A DNA stretch of 63,899 nt, the filler included, from Ministeria vibrans ATCC 50519 (lineage: Eukaryota; Protista; Filasterea), in the NCBI GenBank assembly GCA_943704425.1. It is 5 parts of 5 records of this genome, joined end to end, with 100 filler letters (N's around TTAATTAATTAA, not from the genome) between each part and the next. Parts side by side here need not be neighbours in the genome. Positions count along the whole stretch, not along the records: positions 31,225 to 57,865 come from CALSCP010000277.1; positions 57,966 to 62,426 come from CALSCP010000690.1; positions 62,527 to 63,899 come from CALSCP010001944.1; 2 more parts are not named here. One strand, given 5' to 3'. Shown here piece by piece: positions 50,101 through 62,627 of the stretch (position 1 is its first letter; the number at the start of each line of letters is the position of its first letter). The notes beneath the pieces were generated by a model that was not told where the DNA came from, did no database searches, and was given only the letters and a program-made list of their open reading frames with translations. The position numbers were made by a program, and so were the translations under genes.

Positions 50101-53100
50101 AAGATGCCACAGGGCAATTCCGTGAGCCAATTGTTCGAGAGGACCACGTTGCGCAGACTGTGAATGCCTTGGAAGGCTTCCGCAGGCACGCTGGTGAGTT
50201 GCATGCCCGAAATACTGAGGGTCTCGAGCGCCGTCAGCTGTCGAAGTGCTTCGAGTGGATACTCTGAGAGCAGATTGCGATCGATGCGGAGGACCCGAAG
50301 GGAGCGCAAGCCATTAAAGGTATCGGGTGGCAAGTCTGAGATATAATTGTCGACGAGAGATAGACGCTCGAGAGAGCGCATGGACTGGAACAGACCGACG
50401 GGCAACGTGGCAAGGCCTGTCTCGTTGAGAGACAGGTCAAGGAGGTTGACGAGCGTTGTGGCAATGGCACTGATGGAGTCGCCCACGGGATTGGCATCGA
50501 GCACGAGCTGGTGGAGGGCGTACATCGAGGCAAAATCGGCGGGGACAAGCTTGGAGATGTTGCAGAAGCTCAAGGAGAGCGTCTCAAGAGAGTAGAGGGA
50601 GCGCAACGCGACGGGAAACTCCATCAGGGGATTTTCATTGAGATTGAGATTCACTACAAAAACAGAGAAATTAATACGAAATTTAATACAGAATAATGCG
50701 GATGAATCACGTAATAATTATAATAATTAATTTATTTATTTAATAATAATAATATTATTATTAATTTTATCATTATTATTATTATTATTATGATTATTAT
50801 TATTATAATTATTATTATTATTATTATTATTATTATAATAATAATAATAATAATAATTAATAATTTATAGATAAAAGAAGAAGCCCACAATCTCAAAGTA
50901 TAAATAGAAAGAAACGATCAAGAAACATTACAAACCAAAATTGTTCCATACTGAGTCCATTGAGAATGTCTTTCGGAAAGAGATTATCGTCGAGCTTGAC
51001 AATGTTGTTTCGCGAGAGGTCGATACTGCGGATGTTGACAAGGGAAGTAAAGGCATCGGCGGGAAGACTGGGAATTTCGGTGTCACTGAGGGACAGAACG
51101 CGCAGCTCGGAGAGGGAGGAAGCGCGCAGGGCAGAGGGATACGCTTGCAAAGGATTACTGTCCAGCAGTAGTTCGGTAAGTGCTATCGACTGATTGAAGA
51201 GGTCCGGTGGAAGCGTTGGTTCTTCCAGCTCATTGAACCGCAAATCAAGCAAAATCAAATTTGGCAAATTTTGAAGAGCTATCCAGGCGATAAAATAAAG
51301 TAAATAATTAGTAATGATTCAATAATTATTATAATTATTATTAATTGTTTCTTATTATTATTATATACAAAACTTACTTGAAGGAGGGAGAACGGAGATT
51401 TGGGTGCCGGCGAGGAGAAGAACCTGCAGAGTAACGAGCCTGGACTGGAGCAGAAATTCCGGAAAGCAACCAAGTGGATTACCCTCGAGATCCAAAAGCG
51501 AGATGGACCGATGGCGTGAGCCAAAGAGAAAGGGTGGAATAGAACTACAGGAAAGATTGTTCGAGTGCAAGTTTACTTCCAAGAGGCTTGGCATGGCGGC
51601 AAAGGCGTCGGTGGGAATACGCGACAGACGACAATTTCGAAGGGAGATGTGCTCAATGTACTCGAGAGAGGTGGTTGTGAGCTGGAGAGCACGGGGAAAA
51701 TTGAGAAAAGGATTGTTGTCAAGCACGAGGGTTGTAGGACGACTTGTGTTGCTTGCAAATGCGTCCGGATCAACGGAATTTTCGTTCAACTGGTTCGAGG
51801 AGAGATCCAACAGGCGAAGAGAAGCCATAGCGGCAATGATGTGAGCGGGTAGCTCCAGTAGACCGGCGTTGCGCAAGTCAAGTGTGCTCAGCTGGCCAAA
51901 GGTGGAGTTGAGGAGACCGGCAGGAAAGCGACCGAGGGGATTACTCTCGAGGCTGAGCCACACAAGGGTGTCGGCCAAAGGCTGGAGGGTGGAGGAGCCG
52001 AGGGACTCGCTAGAGAGTTGATTGGACGCCAAATTGAGGTGCTGGAGCGAAGTGAGATTGGCAAAGGGTGACTGTCCCAGATAGTGGAGGAGCGTTGAGT
52101 TGAGCACAAGAGTACTGAGGACTGGCAGCGATGCGTGACTGACGGCCTTGGGAAAGGTGCCCAGAGGATTACCATCGAGGTAGAGGTGCGAAAGACGAGA
52201 GTTACTTTCAAAGAGCGTCGAGGGAAGAAGCGCTTCTTGAAGAAGAGCGCCATGCGATGCCTTGAAGTTGTTCGACAGACTGAGTTGTTGAAGGAAAGGC
52301 ATGGCAGCAAAGGCAGAAGAGGGAAATGCGAAAATTTGAGCGGAGGCAAGAGAGAGAATGGTGAGCGACGAGAGAGACTGAATTTGCGTAGGAAATGAAC
52401 GCAAGGGATTTCCATTGAGGTAGAGGGTGTGCAAATGGGGGAGACCATCAAAAGCGAGGGGGTCGATGCTGCTCGATGACAGCTGGTTGTCGCTAAGAGC
52501 GAGCAATGTCAACGCGGGGAGCATTGCAAAAGCTCGAGCAGTGACGTTGCGCAGATTTGTTTCGCTGAGCGCAAGTAACGAGAGGGAGGGTAACAGCAAA
52601 GGCAGGTTGAGATCGAGCGTACTGGTGAGAACATTGCCCGAGAAAATGAGAGTGGTCAAATTGTGATGGCGTGTTCCGTTGAGCACGCCGGGTGGGAGAC
52701 CCTCGAGGACATTGCCCTGCAACGAGAGATAGGATAGCGACGAGAGGGAGGCAAAGGACTCGGAAGAAATGCCACCGTTGGAGAGGCCCGCATAGCCAAG
52801 GTCCAGGTGCGAGAGTGACGCGAGTTGGGAATCGCGCAGCGCGTTGGGCACGACACCGAGAGGATTGCGAGCCAACGAGAGGTGTTGAAGGGAGGCGACG
52901 CCATCAAAGAGATTTTGCGGTAACTCAAAGAGCTGGTTTCCCGAGAGGTCGAGCGAGGACAATTGGGGCATGTGGTGGAAGGAAAAATTAGCGTTGAGTG
53001 ACCTGAGATTTGTGTTGCTAATGTTTAGGGCACGCATGAGGGGAAAGGATGTGGTTGCAAGCGACGAAGGAAGGCGGCCGAGGGGATTGCCGCTGAGGTC

Positions 53101-53817
53101 AAGTGAAACAAGCTGAGTGGCATTCTGGAAGGCGCCCGGAGCAAGTGAGCCGTTGGTGGCGCCGGTGAGCTCGTTGAAGGCAAGAGAGAGAGTGGTCAGG
53201 TTGGAAAGCGTGCTCAGGCTCGTCTCGCCAAGTGTGTGCAAGCGGGTGAAGGACAAATCAAGACGAGTGATGGAGGCAGCGTGACGTGTGGACAGAACGG
53301 AGGGGAACGATGCGAGAGGGTTGTCGTTGAGGAGGAGGGTGGAGAGACGAGTGTTGTTGAAGGCATTGGGTGAAAAATATTGAGCGCGAATCAAGTTTGC
53401 CCCAAGCGACAGGAACTGCAGTTTGGGGTTGTGTGCAAAGGCATTGGCGGGTACGTTGCGGACTCGCGAGGCAGTGAGGGTAAGGGTGGTGAGGTTGGGG
53501 GCGTTTGAAATAAAATTGGAGGGAAAGCATTCCAAGGGATTGAAGAAGAGATTGAGGGTTGTGAGCGAGGAGAACGGCAAGAGAGACGCCTGTTCGAGGC
53601 TGGAGCAGGTGAGGAAATTGTCTGAGAGATCGAGCGTGGCGACGACGTGAGCGACAGCCGAGAAGTCTGGGAGTTGACGCAAGAAGTGGCGTGCACAATC
53701 AACGGTAAGCGTCGGAGTGGGCGTACATTGGCACACGGTGCAGACAGGAGGCTGTTGCGCAGCAAGACAGGCCAGAGGAGCAACGACGAGAAGAGCTAGG
53801 CTTGTGAACAGAATCAT
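47145..53817 (-). CDS. LRR receptor-like kinase: signal peptide, LRRNT, several dozen LRRs, EGF/furin-like Cys-rich region, TM, TKL-type kinase
   Basis: ORFs 51361-53817, 50893-51267, 49635-50654 and 47145-49373 are separated by AT-rich introns; LxxLxLxxN repeats; CSGHGTC, CYDCDPSCTAGCDGP; TM IVGSIAGLLLIALVALVVY-RR; GVGGGGKV, VAVK, HRDLKLDN, DFG, GTAIYKAPE, DVYAFAIIMWE. Confidence 0.88.
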
Positions 53818-54698
53818 GCAAACAGAGCGAGGAGAATTGAAAGGAAGTTGAAAGTCCCTAGGCGGACTAAGGAGCTAGGGAGGCCGAGTGGAGGGGACAG
53901 AGGAGGGAGCAGTAGGAGTCGGGAGAGTTCAGATGTGGACTACGGAGTAGCGAGTGCACCTGGTTAGTAGAGTGAGGAGCAAAATAATTGATGCATAATA
54001 AATGATTGTATATTGTATATTTATATATTAATTTTTTTTTCTGATTTTTCACTGACTCAAAGTGAATTATAACAAGATACCTTTGTATCTTCAAGCAAGG
54101 GCTCTGTTTGCGAACCACGGTCGCAGCTTGTCGGCTGCCATGTACAAGACGCGTCGCTTTGACCGTTGTCATCGTTTAGGTGTCAAAATGAAAACATATT
54201 ATTTTCTAAAAAACGACGTGAGAAATGTCTTGCAAGGATTAAGAGCGACAACTGACAAGTGACAAGTCTGTCAACTGTCAAGTGACAAGTGCAGGACTGA
54301 AGGTTAGAAGGCATCGAGCAACAACTTATAAAAAGCATAGTCAAGTGAGTCATTATTTGATTGGTTGTAGGTATAAAATTTGGATCAGTCGACGTTCTTG
54401 ACAAGACACTGAAGACAGACTTTTGACAGACAGGGAGACACCCTACTCACTACTGACCCTAGCTAGTAGCTAATAGCTATGAGAGTTTGCAAGGCGGTCT
54501 GGCTGTGTCTTTGCGACTGAAGCAAAGTCGCTCACATGACGTCGAGAAACACCGCGAACGTCGGTAATGGGCGCATTGGTCACTCTAAGAGACAAGAGTC
54601 TAAGTGAGTCTCTAACTCTCGAACAACTCTCAAACAATAAAAAAAATAAAATAAAAAAAATAAAAAATGCCGGAAATAAATGCAAAAAAAAAACCACT

Positions 54699-54778
54699 CT
54701 CGAACCGGCGACCGCAAGATTAAGAGTCTTGTGCTCTACCGACTGAGCTAGCCGGGCTTATAACAGCCCGACGCCGGG
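54699..54778 (-). tRNA. Circularly permuted tRNA-Lys(CUU), copy 2: positions 60-73 at 54778-54765, spacer GTTATAA, positions 1-59 at 54757-54699
   Basis: Reverse complement matches copy 1 in both tRNA pieces and the BHB flanks; the spacer is 1 nt longer. Confidence 0.9.
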
Positions 54779-55046
54779 TATTTGGTGATTTTCAGGTAGA
54801 TGAAGGGTTTTCCCAAAAAGTGCTATTTAACCTTATTTTCACGTGTACTTTCAAAATTTCTGTGTTGACAGAATTCGTCGCTGTACTTAACAGTAACCTT
54901 TTCAGGTCACTAAACAATGATGCGCTACTCTCCAGCAGAGTTTTGAATGAATGTGGTAGCGATATATATAAGTTGAAATTTTCGATGCTTTGCGCACACA
55001 CACACACAGTTTTTGAACTAGAATCTGATTATTCTTTTCTTCTTCT

Positions 55047-56108
55047 ATGAAACGAACAACATTGTTCTCTCGCGTTGACCGAGCAGGGGCGCAGACGCTC
55101 AACGACGAAAGCGACGACGAGAGCGACGAGGACGAAGCACGGCGTCAAGAGCAACTTGCCCAGCGACGCAAGGAGGCAAAGGAGCGAATGAGACGCCAGC
55201 TTGAGGCGGAAGAAGCCAGGCGCAAGGGACTTGTGAGTGGTGCTAGTGATGCCAACGAAGAAGGTAAGAGAACAGACACACACAATACAAACAAAAGGGA
55301 AATGTTGATTGGTAGCAGACGAGAAGGACAACGACGACGAGAAGGACGACGCTGCCATGATTGAACTGGCGGCTACGCGGCTCATTAAGCGCCGGCAACA
55401 AGTAACTGCGCAACGTGCGCAGCGTGAGGAGCGTTTCGGCGGCACCTGCGAAGACAACAACACCGACTTGATCTTGAATCGTCCTGGACATCCGACCAGG
55501 AAGAGAAAGGAGTCTGACCGGGATGAGGGCGGACCGATCAGCGGCGCGGGTGGTGGTCCTGACGGGGGTGATGGGAAGGAGCTGCAGGGAGACGATGATG
55601 ACGACTTTTTGGTCATGGAAGTGTACGAGACTGAGTCGAAGAAAAGGAAAGCGCGCACTGCTTCAGGTGCGAGGCGCAGCAAGGCAAAAACAGCAGTTGA
55701 AAATGACGTGAACGTGAGCAGCGTGGACGATTTGAAGACTGCTACCAAGTCTGGGGACAAAGCGGCAGTCAAGGTGGCGAAATCCGCACAGCAACGAGAG
55801 GCGCTGCGCTTCAGCAATGTGACTTTTCTCGACGAGTTGCCCGACTACACTCAAGTGGAAGAGCGGGACGACTATCTTGCAGACGCTAGTGTGCGCATTC
55901 CAACACTATGTGGAGTTGTTCCGCCAGCCGAAGACGCCCCCTTTGTGCTGGATGCCGGTCGTAACATTTCCGTGCCCGCCTCTATCAGTCGATACTTACG
56001 CTCTTACCAGCGCGAAGGCATTCAATTTTTATGGGGACGTCTTGCCAAAGCAACAGGAGGAATTCTTGCCGATGACATGGGATTGGGAAAGGTACAGTAC
56101 CTGAATAC

Positions 56109-56182
<74 letters not shown>

Positions 56183-57526
56183 TTATTATTATTATTGTTA
56201 TTCAATTTTTTTTTATTAATTTTATTTTTATTATTAAGTTTTATTTTTATTTTTATTTTTTATTTTTTATTATTAATTTTATTTTATTTTTATTATATCA
56301 ATTTTATTATTATTATTATTAAGTTTTATTTTTATTTTTATTTTTTATTTTTTATTATTAATTTTATTTTATTTTTATTATATCAATTTTATTATTATTA
56401 TTATTATTTTTATTATTATTTTTATTTTTATCATGTGAAATAGTAGGATTTATTGACTCTTTTCTCCTAAAACAGACGGTTCAAGTCATTGGACTGCTTG
56501 CGGCAGTGTTTGGAAAGCTGGGTCGTACGGATGACCGAGTGCCACGCGAAGCTGCGCTGCGATCGGGCACAAGTGTGGTTGCACCAGTGCTCATTGTGGC
56601 GCCTGCCGTGGTCGTGTACAACTGGCAAGACGAACTGCAGACGTGGGGTCTATTCCACACGGCCGTGCTTCATGGCGCCGCTAAGGAAGAGACTCTTGAC
56701 ATGCTCAGTGCAGGTCGCTGTGAGGTCGTCCTTACAAGCTACGAGACGGCCGCCCAAGAAACACACCGTCTCTCCTCTGTCCGATGGCTCGTAAGCTTAA
56801 AACAAAAGAAATAAAAACCAACAAAAATTAAGAAACTAATTCTATTAATGTTATTGTGCATTATCATCTGCGTGTTGTTTCTTTCAGATGACCGTCTTTG
56901 ATGAGGGTCACAGGTTGAAAAATCCTTCGAGTCAGCTGTCGATGGCTGCCGGTCGTCTGGTGACCAACTCGCGGTTTATCCTGTCGGGCACTGCTGTGCA
57001 GAATAACCTAATGGAGCTGCACACGCTCGTGTCTTTTTGTGACGCCTCCATCTTTGGCGAGAAGGGCAACTTCAAGAAAACTTACGTTGCGCCTATCGGA
57101 GTTGGGCATCAGATCACGGCAACGGTTGAACAGGTCAATGTGGCGCGACGCAAACTCGAACGGCTCTGTCAGCGCCTCCGACCAGTGCTACTACGACGCA
57201 CCAAGGCCATCATTCGCGATCAGCTGCCTTTGAAGAACGACCGCGTGCTCTTCTGTGATATATCTCAGGCTCAGCGTGACGCTTACAATGGTCTCCTCGA
57301 CAGCAACGACTTTCGCTTTCTCTACGATACCGCCCTCTACAGCGAACAATGCCAGCAGGCGTCCAAGACGTCGCGCGCCGACGACCGTGCCCATGAATTG
57401 TACCTCTACGAGTTGTACGGCTTTCACGCTCGCGATCGCCGGTACATTGTTTTTCCCTGTCTCGTCTCGTTGCGCAAAGTTGGTAACCATCTGGCTCTTT
57501 TGGTGCCCAGTGACATCCAGCGCAGG
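55047..57526 (+). CDS. ERCC6L2: SNF2-family helicase, ERCC6L2/RAD26-like; 3'-truncated at contig end
   Basis: [87 protein letters not shown]; helicase C-terminal lobe not in this contig. Confidence 0.8.
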
Positions 57527-57758
57527 GTACGAAAACGAAACTTTAATAACTCGCATCCGTTTTATCATACATAAGCTCGTATGAAACTTTGTCGACATGA
57601 GAGATTCGATTGTTGCGATTCTTTTTTAAATTGCAACTAAATGACACAAAAAATTGCGCACGGAAAGATTTTTTTGACAGAGTTCTACACAGAATCGATT
57701 ATTGCTTATGACCTTTGTCATGTTTAACATAATAATTAACAACAACAACAACAACAAC

Positions 57759-57865
<107 letters not shown>

Positions 57866-57965
57866 NNNNNNNNNNNNNNNNNNNNNNNNNNNNNNNNNNN
57901 NNNNNNNNNTTAATTAATTAANNNNNNNNNNNNNNNNNNNNNNNNNNNNNNNNNNNNNNNNNNNN

Positions 57966-58037
<72 letters not shown>

Positions 58038-58056
58038 ATCACTTTGTTTCTTTCTC

Positions 58057-58088
<32 letters not shown>

Positions 58089-58147
58089 ATCACTTTTGTT
58101 CCTTCTATCACTTTGCTTCTCTCTCCCTCTTTCCTTTCTTATCTAGA

Positions 58148-61100
58148 CATCTTTTGAAGCACCTGACGCGCGTCTTGCAGCTCTCCTTCCTACGTTGTGG
58201 GGCGCAGTGGGGCGTGCGCAGCCCTTCCTCAAAGATGTTCTCAACCTTGGTTCTGAGTCTCGTCCGGCGTTTGTGCAAGCACAAGCCGCCCAAGAGGTCC
58301 GACAAGCGACTCATCCACATCAACTACTCACCTCCCTCTCACTCTCTTTTTCTCTTTCCACTTAGATATGTGCACAATTCTGGACGATTGCGACTGCCCT
58401 TGAAGTGTACGTGCTGGCGTCGAGGTGGCAGCACGCCACAGATATCGCCGAGGCGATGCTAAGCCATCGTATGCCTGAACTGTGGATGCTCCAAACGACC
58501 GCCGCCAATCTGCGCCTCATTCTTCACCGCACTCGCAACCCTCCCACGTCACTCTTTCGCTTCTGGATGGAGTTTCTCGAAGCGGCCATTGTGTCTTCGG
58601 CAGAGCTCGAGCACACTGGCACCGACAAACGCTCATTTCCCCTTCTTGAAGTCTTTCACGAGCAATATCTGCCGTCGCGTCTCGTCGTCGACCGCACATC
58701 CATTGCCTGCTACGACCACACAGGCGAGACAGTCATGTGGATTTGCAAAGGGTCGTCTTTGCTGCGCACTTGCAGTAATGGCGACGGTGGTCGATCACTC
58801 TACCTCTTTGTGCGCAATGTCGCTGATTTGTTCCACATCGTGTGCGCAACGACCGCCGATCGCGACTGGCTCTCGAACCGTGCCGAGCAGCTGCGTCTGT
58901 CGGCGGCGCAACAAGCCCACCCGCCCATGCGAGACATTGACCGGGCCGACTCTACCACCGACCCTTCTCTCTCCGCCACCCCCTCTGCTCCTAGTCTAGA
59001 CACTCACTCTCAATCGTCTTCTTCATCCCGCAATCGTCGTCAGAGTTTTGCCGCGCAATCATCTGCGCAAAAGACTACGCTGCGCGAGGTACCACCCAAC
59101 GAATCGCCCTTTCGCTACTCCTTTGAGGTTGATGCGTCGCGTGGCGATGGCTCGCGCGAGCTCTTGGGCTCCGGCTCGTGCGCACACGTCTTTGGGGCAT
59201 TCAACAAGGACACCGGACACTACATGGCCGTCAAGGTACTTTGCATTGCCTCTTATTTTGGACGCATTCATTTGTTTGTCTGACTCACTCTCTCGATTAT
59301 CTCGTAGGTTGTGCCAATGGCGCGCAATCGCACTGAACAAAGTCTGCCACTCATTGAGGAAATTCATCTCCTCAAAAAGTTGCGCCACCCAAACATTGTC
59401 GATTATTACGGATCGCAGACGGAAGGAAACACCTTTCTTGTCTTCATGGAGTGGGTCTCTGGTATACAATTTCCCATGCAAATGAGAAAAGTTGACGTCT
59501 TAATTTTCCATTAGGCGGATCACTGAAACTTCTGTTGCGGAAGTGGAACCAACTGTCGACGAGCGTCGTGCGGTCGTACACCGCACAGGCACTGCTCGGT
59601 GTCGAGTATCTGCACAAGTGTGGCATTGTCCATCGCGACATCAAAGTACCCCTTTGCTCGAGAGAATGCGTCCTCTATCTACAACTTGGTGTCTTTCTGC
59701 CCTCTCTCCTCTCTTTCTCCCTCTGACACTCTGGTTTCCATCTCTCTTATTATTTCTCCCTCTGTCACTTTGGTTTCTATCTCTCTTATTCTTTCTCCCT
59801 CTGTCACTTTGGTTTCTATCTCTCTTATTCTTTCTCCCTCTGTCACTTTGGTTTCTATCTCTCTTATTCTTTTTCTTTCCTTCTTTCTCATTTGTTTTTT
59901 TTCTTTTCTTTCTATTGCTCTTGCGCACTTTTACTTCGTTCTTAGTGTGCAAATATCCTTGTGAGTCATGCAGGTTTGATCAAAATCAGCGATTTTGGTT
60001 GTTCCAAGCGCCTCAAGTCCATCTCAATGCGCGCTCATTCGGTCTGCGGAACCGCGCAGTTTATGGCACCTGAAGTGATCAATAACCAAGGAAGGGGCTA
60101 TGGGCGAGAGGCAGACATCTGGTCTATGGGTTGCACTATCATCGAGATGTGCTCGGGCAAAACACCCTGGTCCGAGGTCCGTCTACCACCACCACTTTTG
60201 ATGCCACTCTCGTATCTTTCACGTACTTACTGTCTGGCCTTGCCCAACTCTCTGCTACGTAGATCAAGGAGGACATTGCTGTCATGTTTCGCGTAGGCTC
60301 CGTGGGCGAACACCCGCCCTTCCCCGACGTGTGTGCCGCCGAGGACGACATGGAGGACTTTCTCAAGCATTGCTTCGTACGTGATCCCGTCCACCGCGCC
60401 ACCGCGCGTCTCTTGCTCCAGCACCCCTTTATCAGCCACGTCGAAATCCCTCGCGCCCTCCAGTCCATTGACACGCGCCTCAAGGAAGATCACGACGTCA
60501 TCTCCATGTTTAACGGCACCGCTAACATGACCGACTCCCACGCCAAAGGCTCTAGCGCCGCAGACGACGACGACACGGATATTGACAGCAACATTGAATT
60601 TGATGTCTCCAACCCTCAAGGGAGAATACCCGCGCGGCGTGTCTCTCGCCAGATGGGTATCATTGGCTCGACTACTCCCACGACCGAACATGCTCCCTCC
60701 CTTCCAGCCATCTCCGCCTCTCCACCCGCCACTCCTACCACTTCAGCGAATTCTCCGATACTCTCCTCATCTACTGCCTCATCTCCCGCTGTTCCTGCCA
60801 CCCCTTCGGCCTTGCCCCGTCGCTCGTCGCGCCCTTCTCTTCAAACCCAAGCGAGTGTGGGCAGTTCGACACACTGGGGCAAACTCAAGCGACACGTTCG
60901 TGGACCTGCCATGCGCGATGTTGCAGGCCTTGTCATTGAACGCACTCGTGGCTGGCTTGTCACGCTCGTGTGCACGCAACGCAGCGAACTGGAACGCCGT
61001 TGGCGTGAAGCCATCCAACGCGAGACTTCCCTTTCCTCCTCCTCATCCTCCTCCACCGCCACTTCAGCGGCCACTACTGCCACTTCACCCGCTCCTATGC

Positions 61101-61822
61101 CGCTTCCTGAATCTATTGAGTCACACATTGCACCGCTGCTCAGTGCTTTCGAAACACTTCTCGAGCATCGCAGCACGAGTGCCATGAACACGGCAAACGA
61201 GCAGCTTGCGTACGAGATTACCGCAGGACGTCTCTCTATTGCTCTTGCGAACCGCCTTATCTTTCTCTACCGTCGTGTCGTCATGTCCCTCGCCCGCAAC
61301 GACTCGTCCGTCGATCCCTCGTGGGTATTTGCCATCGATGGTTTTATCTCTTCCTCCGTTTCTCTCGCCCAGAATGATCTCTCCCAGCGCGTTTTCAACC
61401 GTAAATTCTCCGGTCGCAAACTCCATCGTCAGAGCTCCATCGGCTCGCGTATGCAACACTCGCTCACAGGACGTCCCCTCTCGTCAAACCCCGAGCCGCC
61501 CACGACAGACATCCCCCCTTCTGCCACCACCGCTACGACACACTCCGTCAACACTCTTTCAGAAAAGGACAAGACTGCACGGCCAGTACAAGCAGATTCT
61601 ATTGAGCGTGTTCCAGTCGCTCCTGCAAACACCCCCAACGTTTCACTGCTCGACCAACTCCAGGCTGAGCTCACTCAACAACGTCTTATCAACGCCACAC
61701 TTGAACAAAACCTCAAGAAGAACCAACTCACTCCTCCGTCTCGTTCATACGCACTACCCTTCTCACTCATCTCCATTTCCCTCCTCTTTGGCATTGCAAT
61801 TGGTCGCTCATTGAAACTGTAA
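58148..61822 (+). CDS. ASK-family MAP kinase kinase kinase (MAP3K5/6/15-like); 5'-truncated
   Basis: FRFWMEFL and RSFPLL...YLPSRL...LYLFVRNVADLFHI (ASK TPR/PH region); LGSGS, MAVK, EEIHLLKKLRHPNIVDYYGS, HRDIK, IKISDFGCSKRL, GTAQFMAPEVINNQGRGYGREADIWSMGCTIIEM; C-terminal WVFAIDGFI motif. Confidence 0.82.
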
Positions 61823-61858
61823 TCATTGATTAAAAAGAAGAAGAAGAAAAAAATTAAA

Positions 61859-62286
61859 CTACTGGATATCATCGTCTTCTTCGGTCATCTGCTTCTTGAT
61901 GCGCAGAATGATGGTAGTGAGCCACGAGTCGAGACGCGTCAGCGCATCGTACTCGGCCACCACCCCCGTAAACCGGTCGATGTCTTCTGCTTCCCGCGCA
62001 CTCGACAGATCCTAAACGCCAGTGCACACAGCGAGTCAGTCCGTCTGTCTCCCTCGTTGTATCACTTTGTTTCATTTCTCCCTCCTCTCCATCACTTTTT
62101 GTTTCTCTCTCCCTCCTCCCTCTATCTCTCTGTATGTATGTCTGACCTTGACAAGTCGACACTCGCGTGAGTCTGTGAATGCCGGGTAGATGGTTTGATA
62201 GCGCTCGATGGCCCGCTGTGCTGACGACGGATCAAAACACAGATGACACAGTGCTGCTTTGAAGAAATATTCCTTTGCGGACCACT
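61859..62286 (-). CDS. NAPA: Alpha-SNAP C-terminal exons (5'-truncated at contig end)
   Basis: [57 protein letters not shown]...EDDDIQ*. Confidence 0.92.
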
Positions 62287-62333
62287 GCAGAACAAAGCAA
62301 GACATGATTAGCCAAATTAATATGAACACTTTG

Positions 62334-62364
<31 letters not shown>

Positions 62365-62371
62365 TAATAAC

Positions 62372-62426
<55 letters not shown>

Positions 62427-62627
62427 NNNNNNNNNNNNNNNNNNNNNNNNNNNNNNNNNNNNNNNNNNNNTTAATTAATTAANNNNNNNNNNNNNNNNNN
62501 NNNNNNNNNNNNNNNNNNNNNNNNNNAAAAAAACACACACACACACACACACACACAAACAAACAAACGTTTAACATAATATTTTCATAATTATACTTAT
62601 TTAGACGCACAAGTCTAAAAGGTGTAC

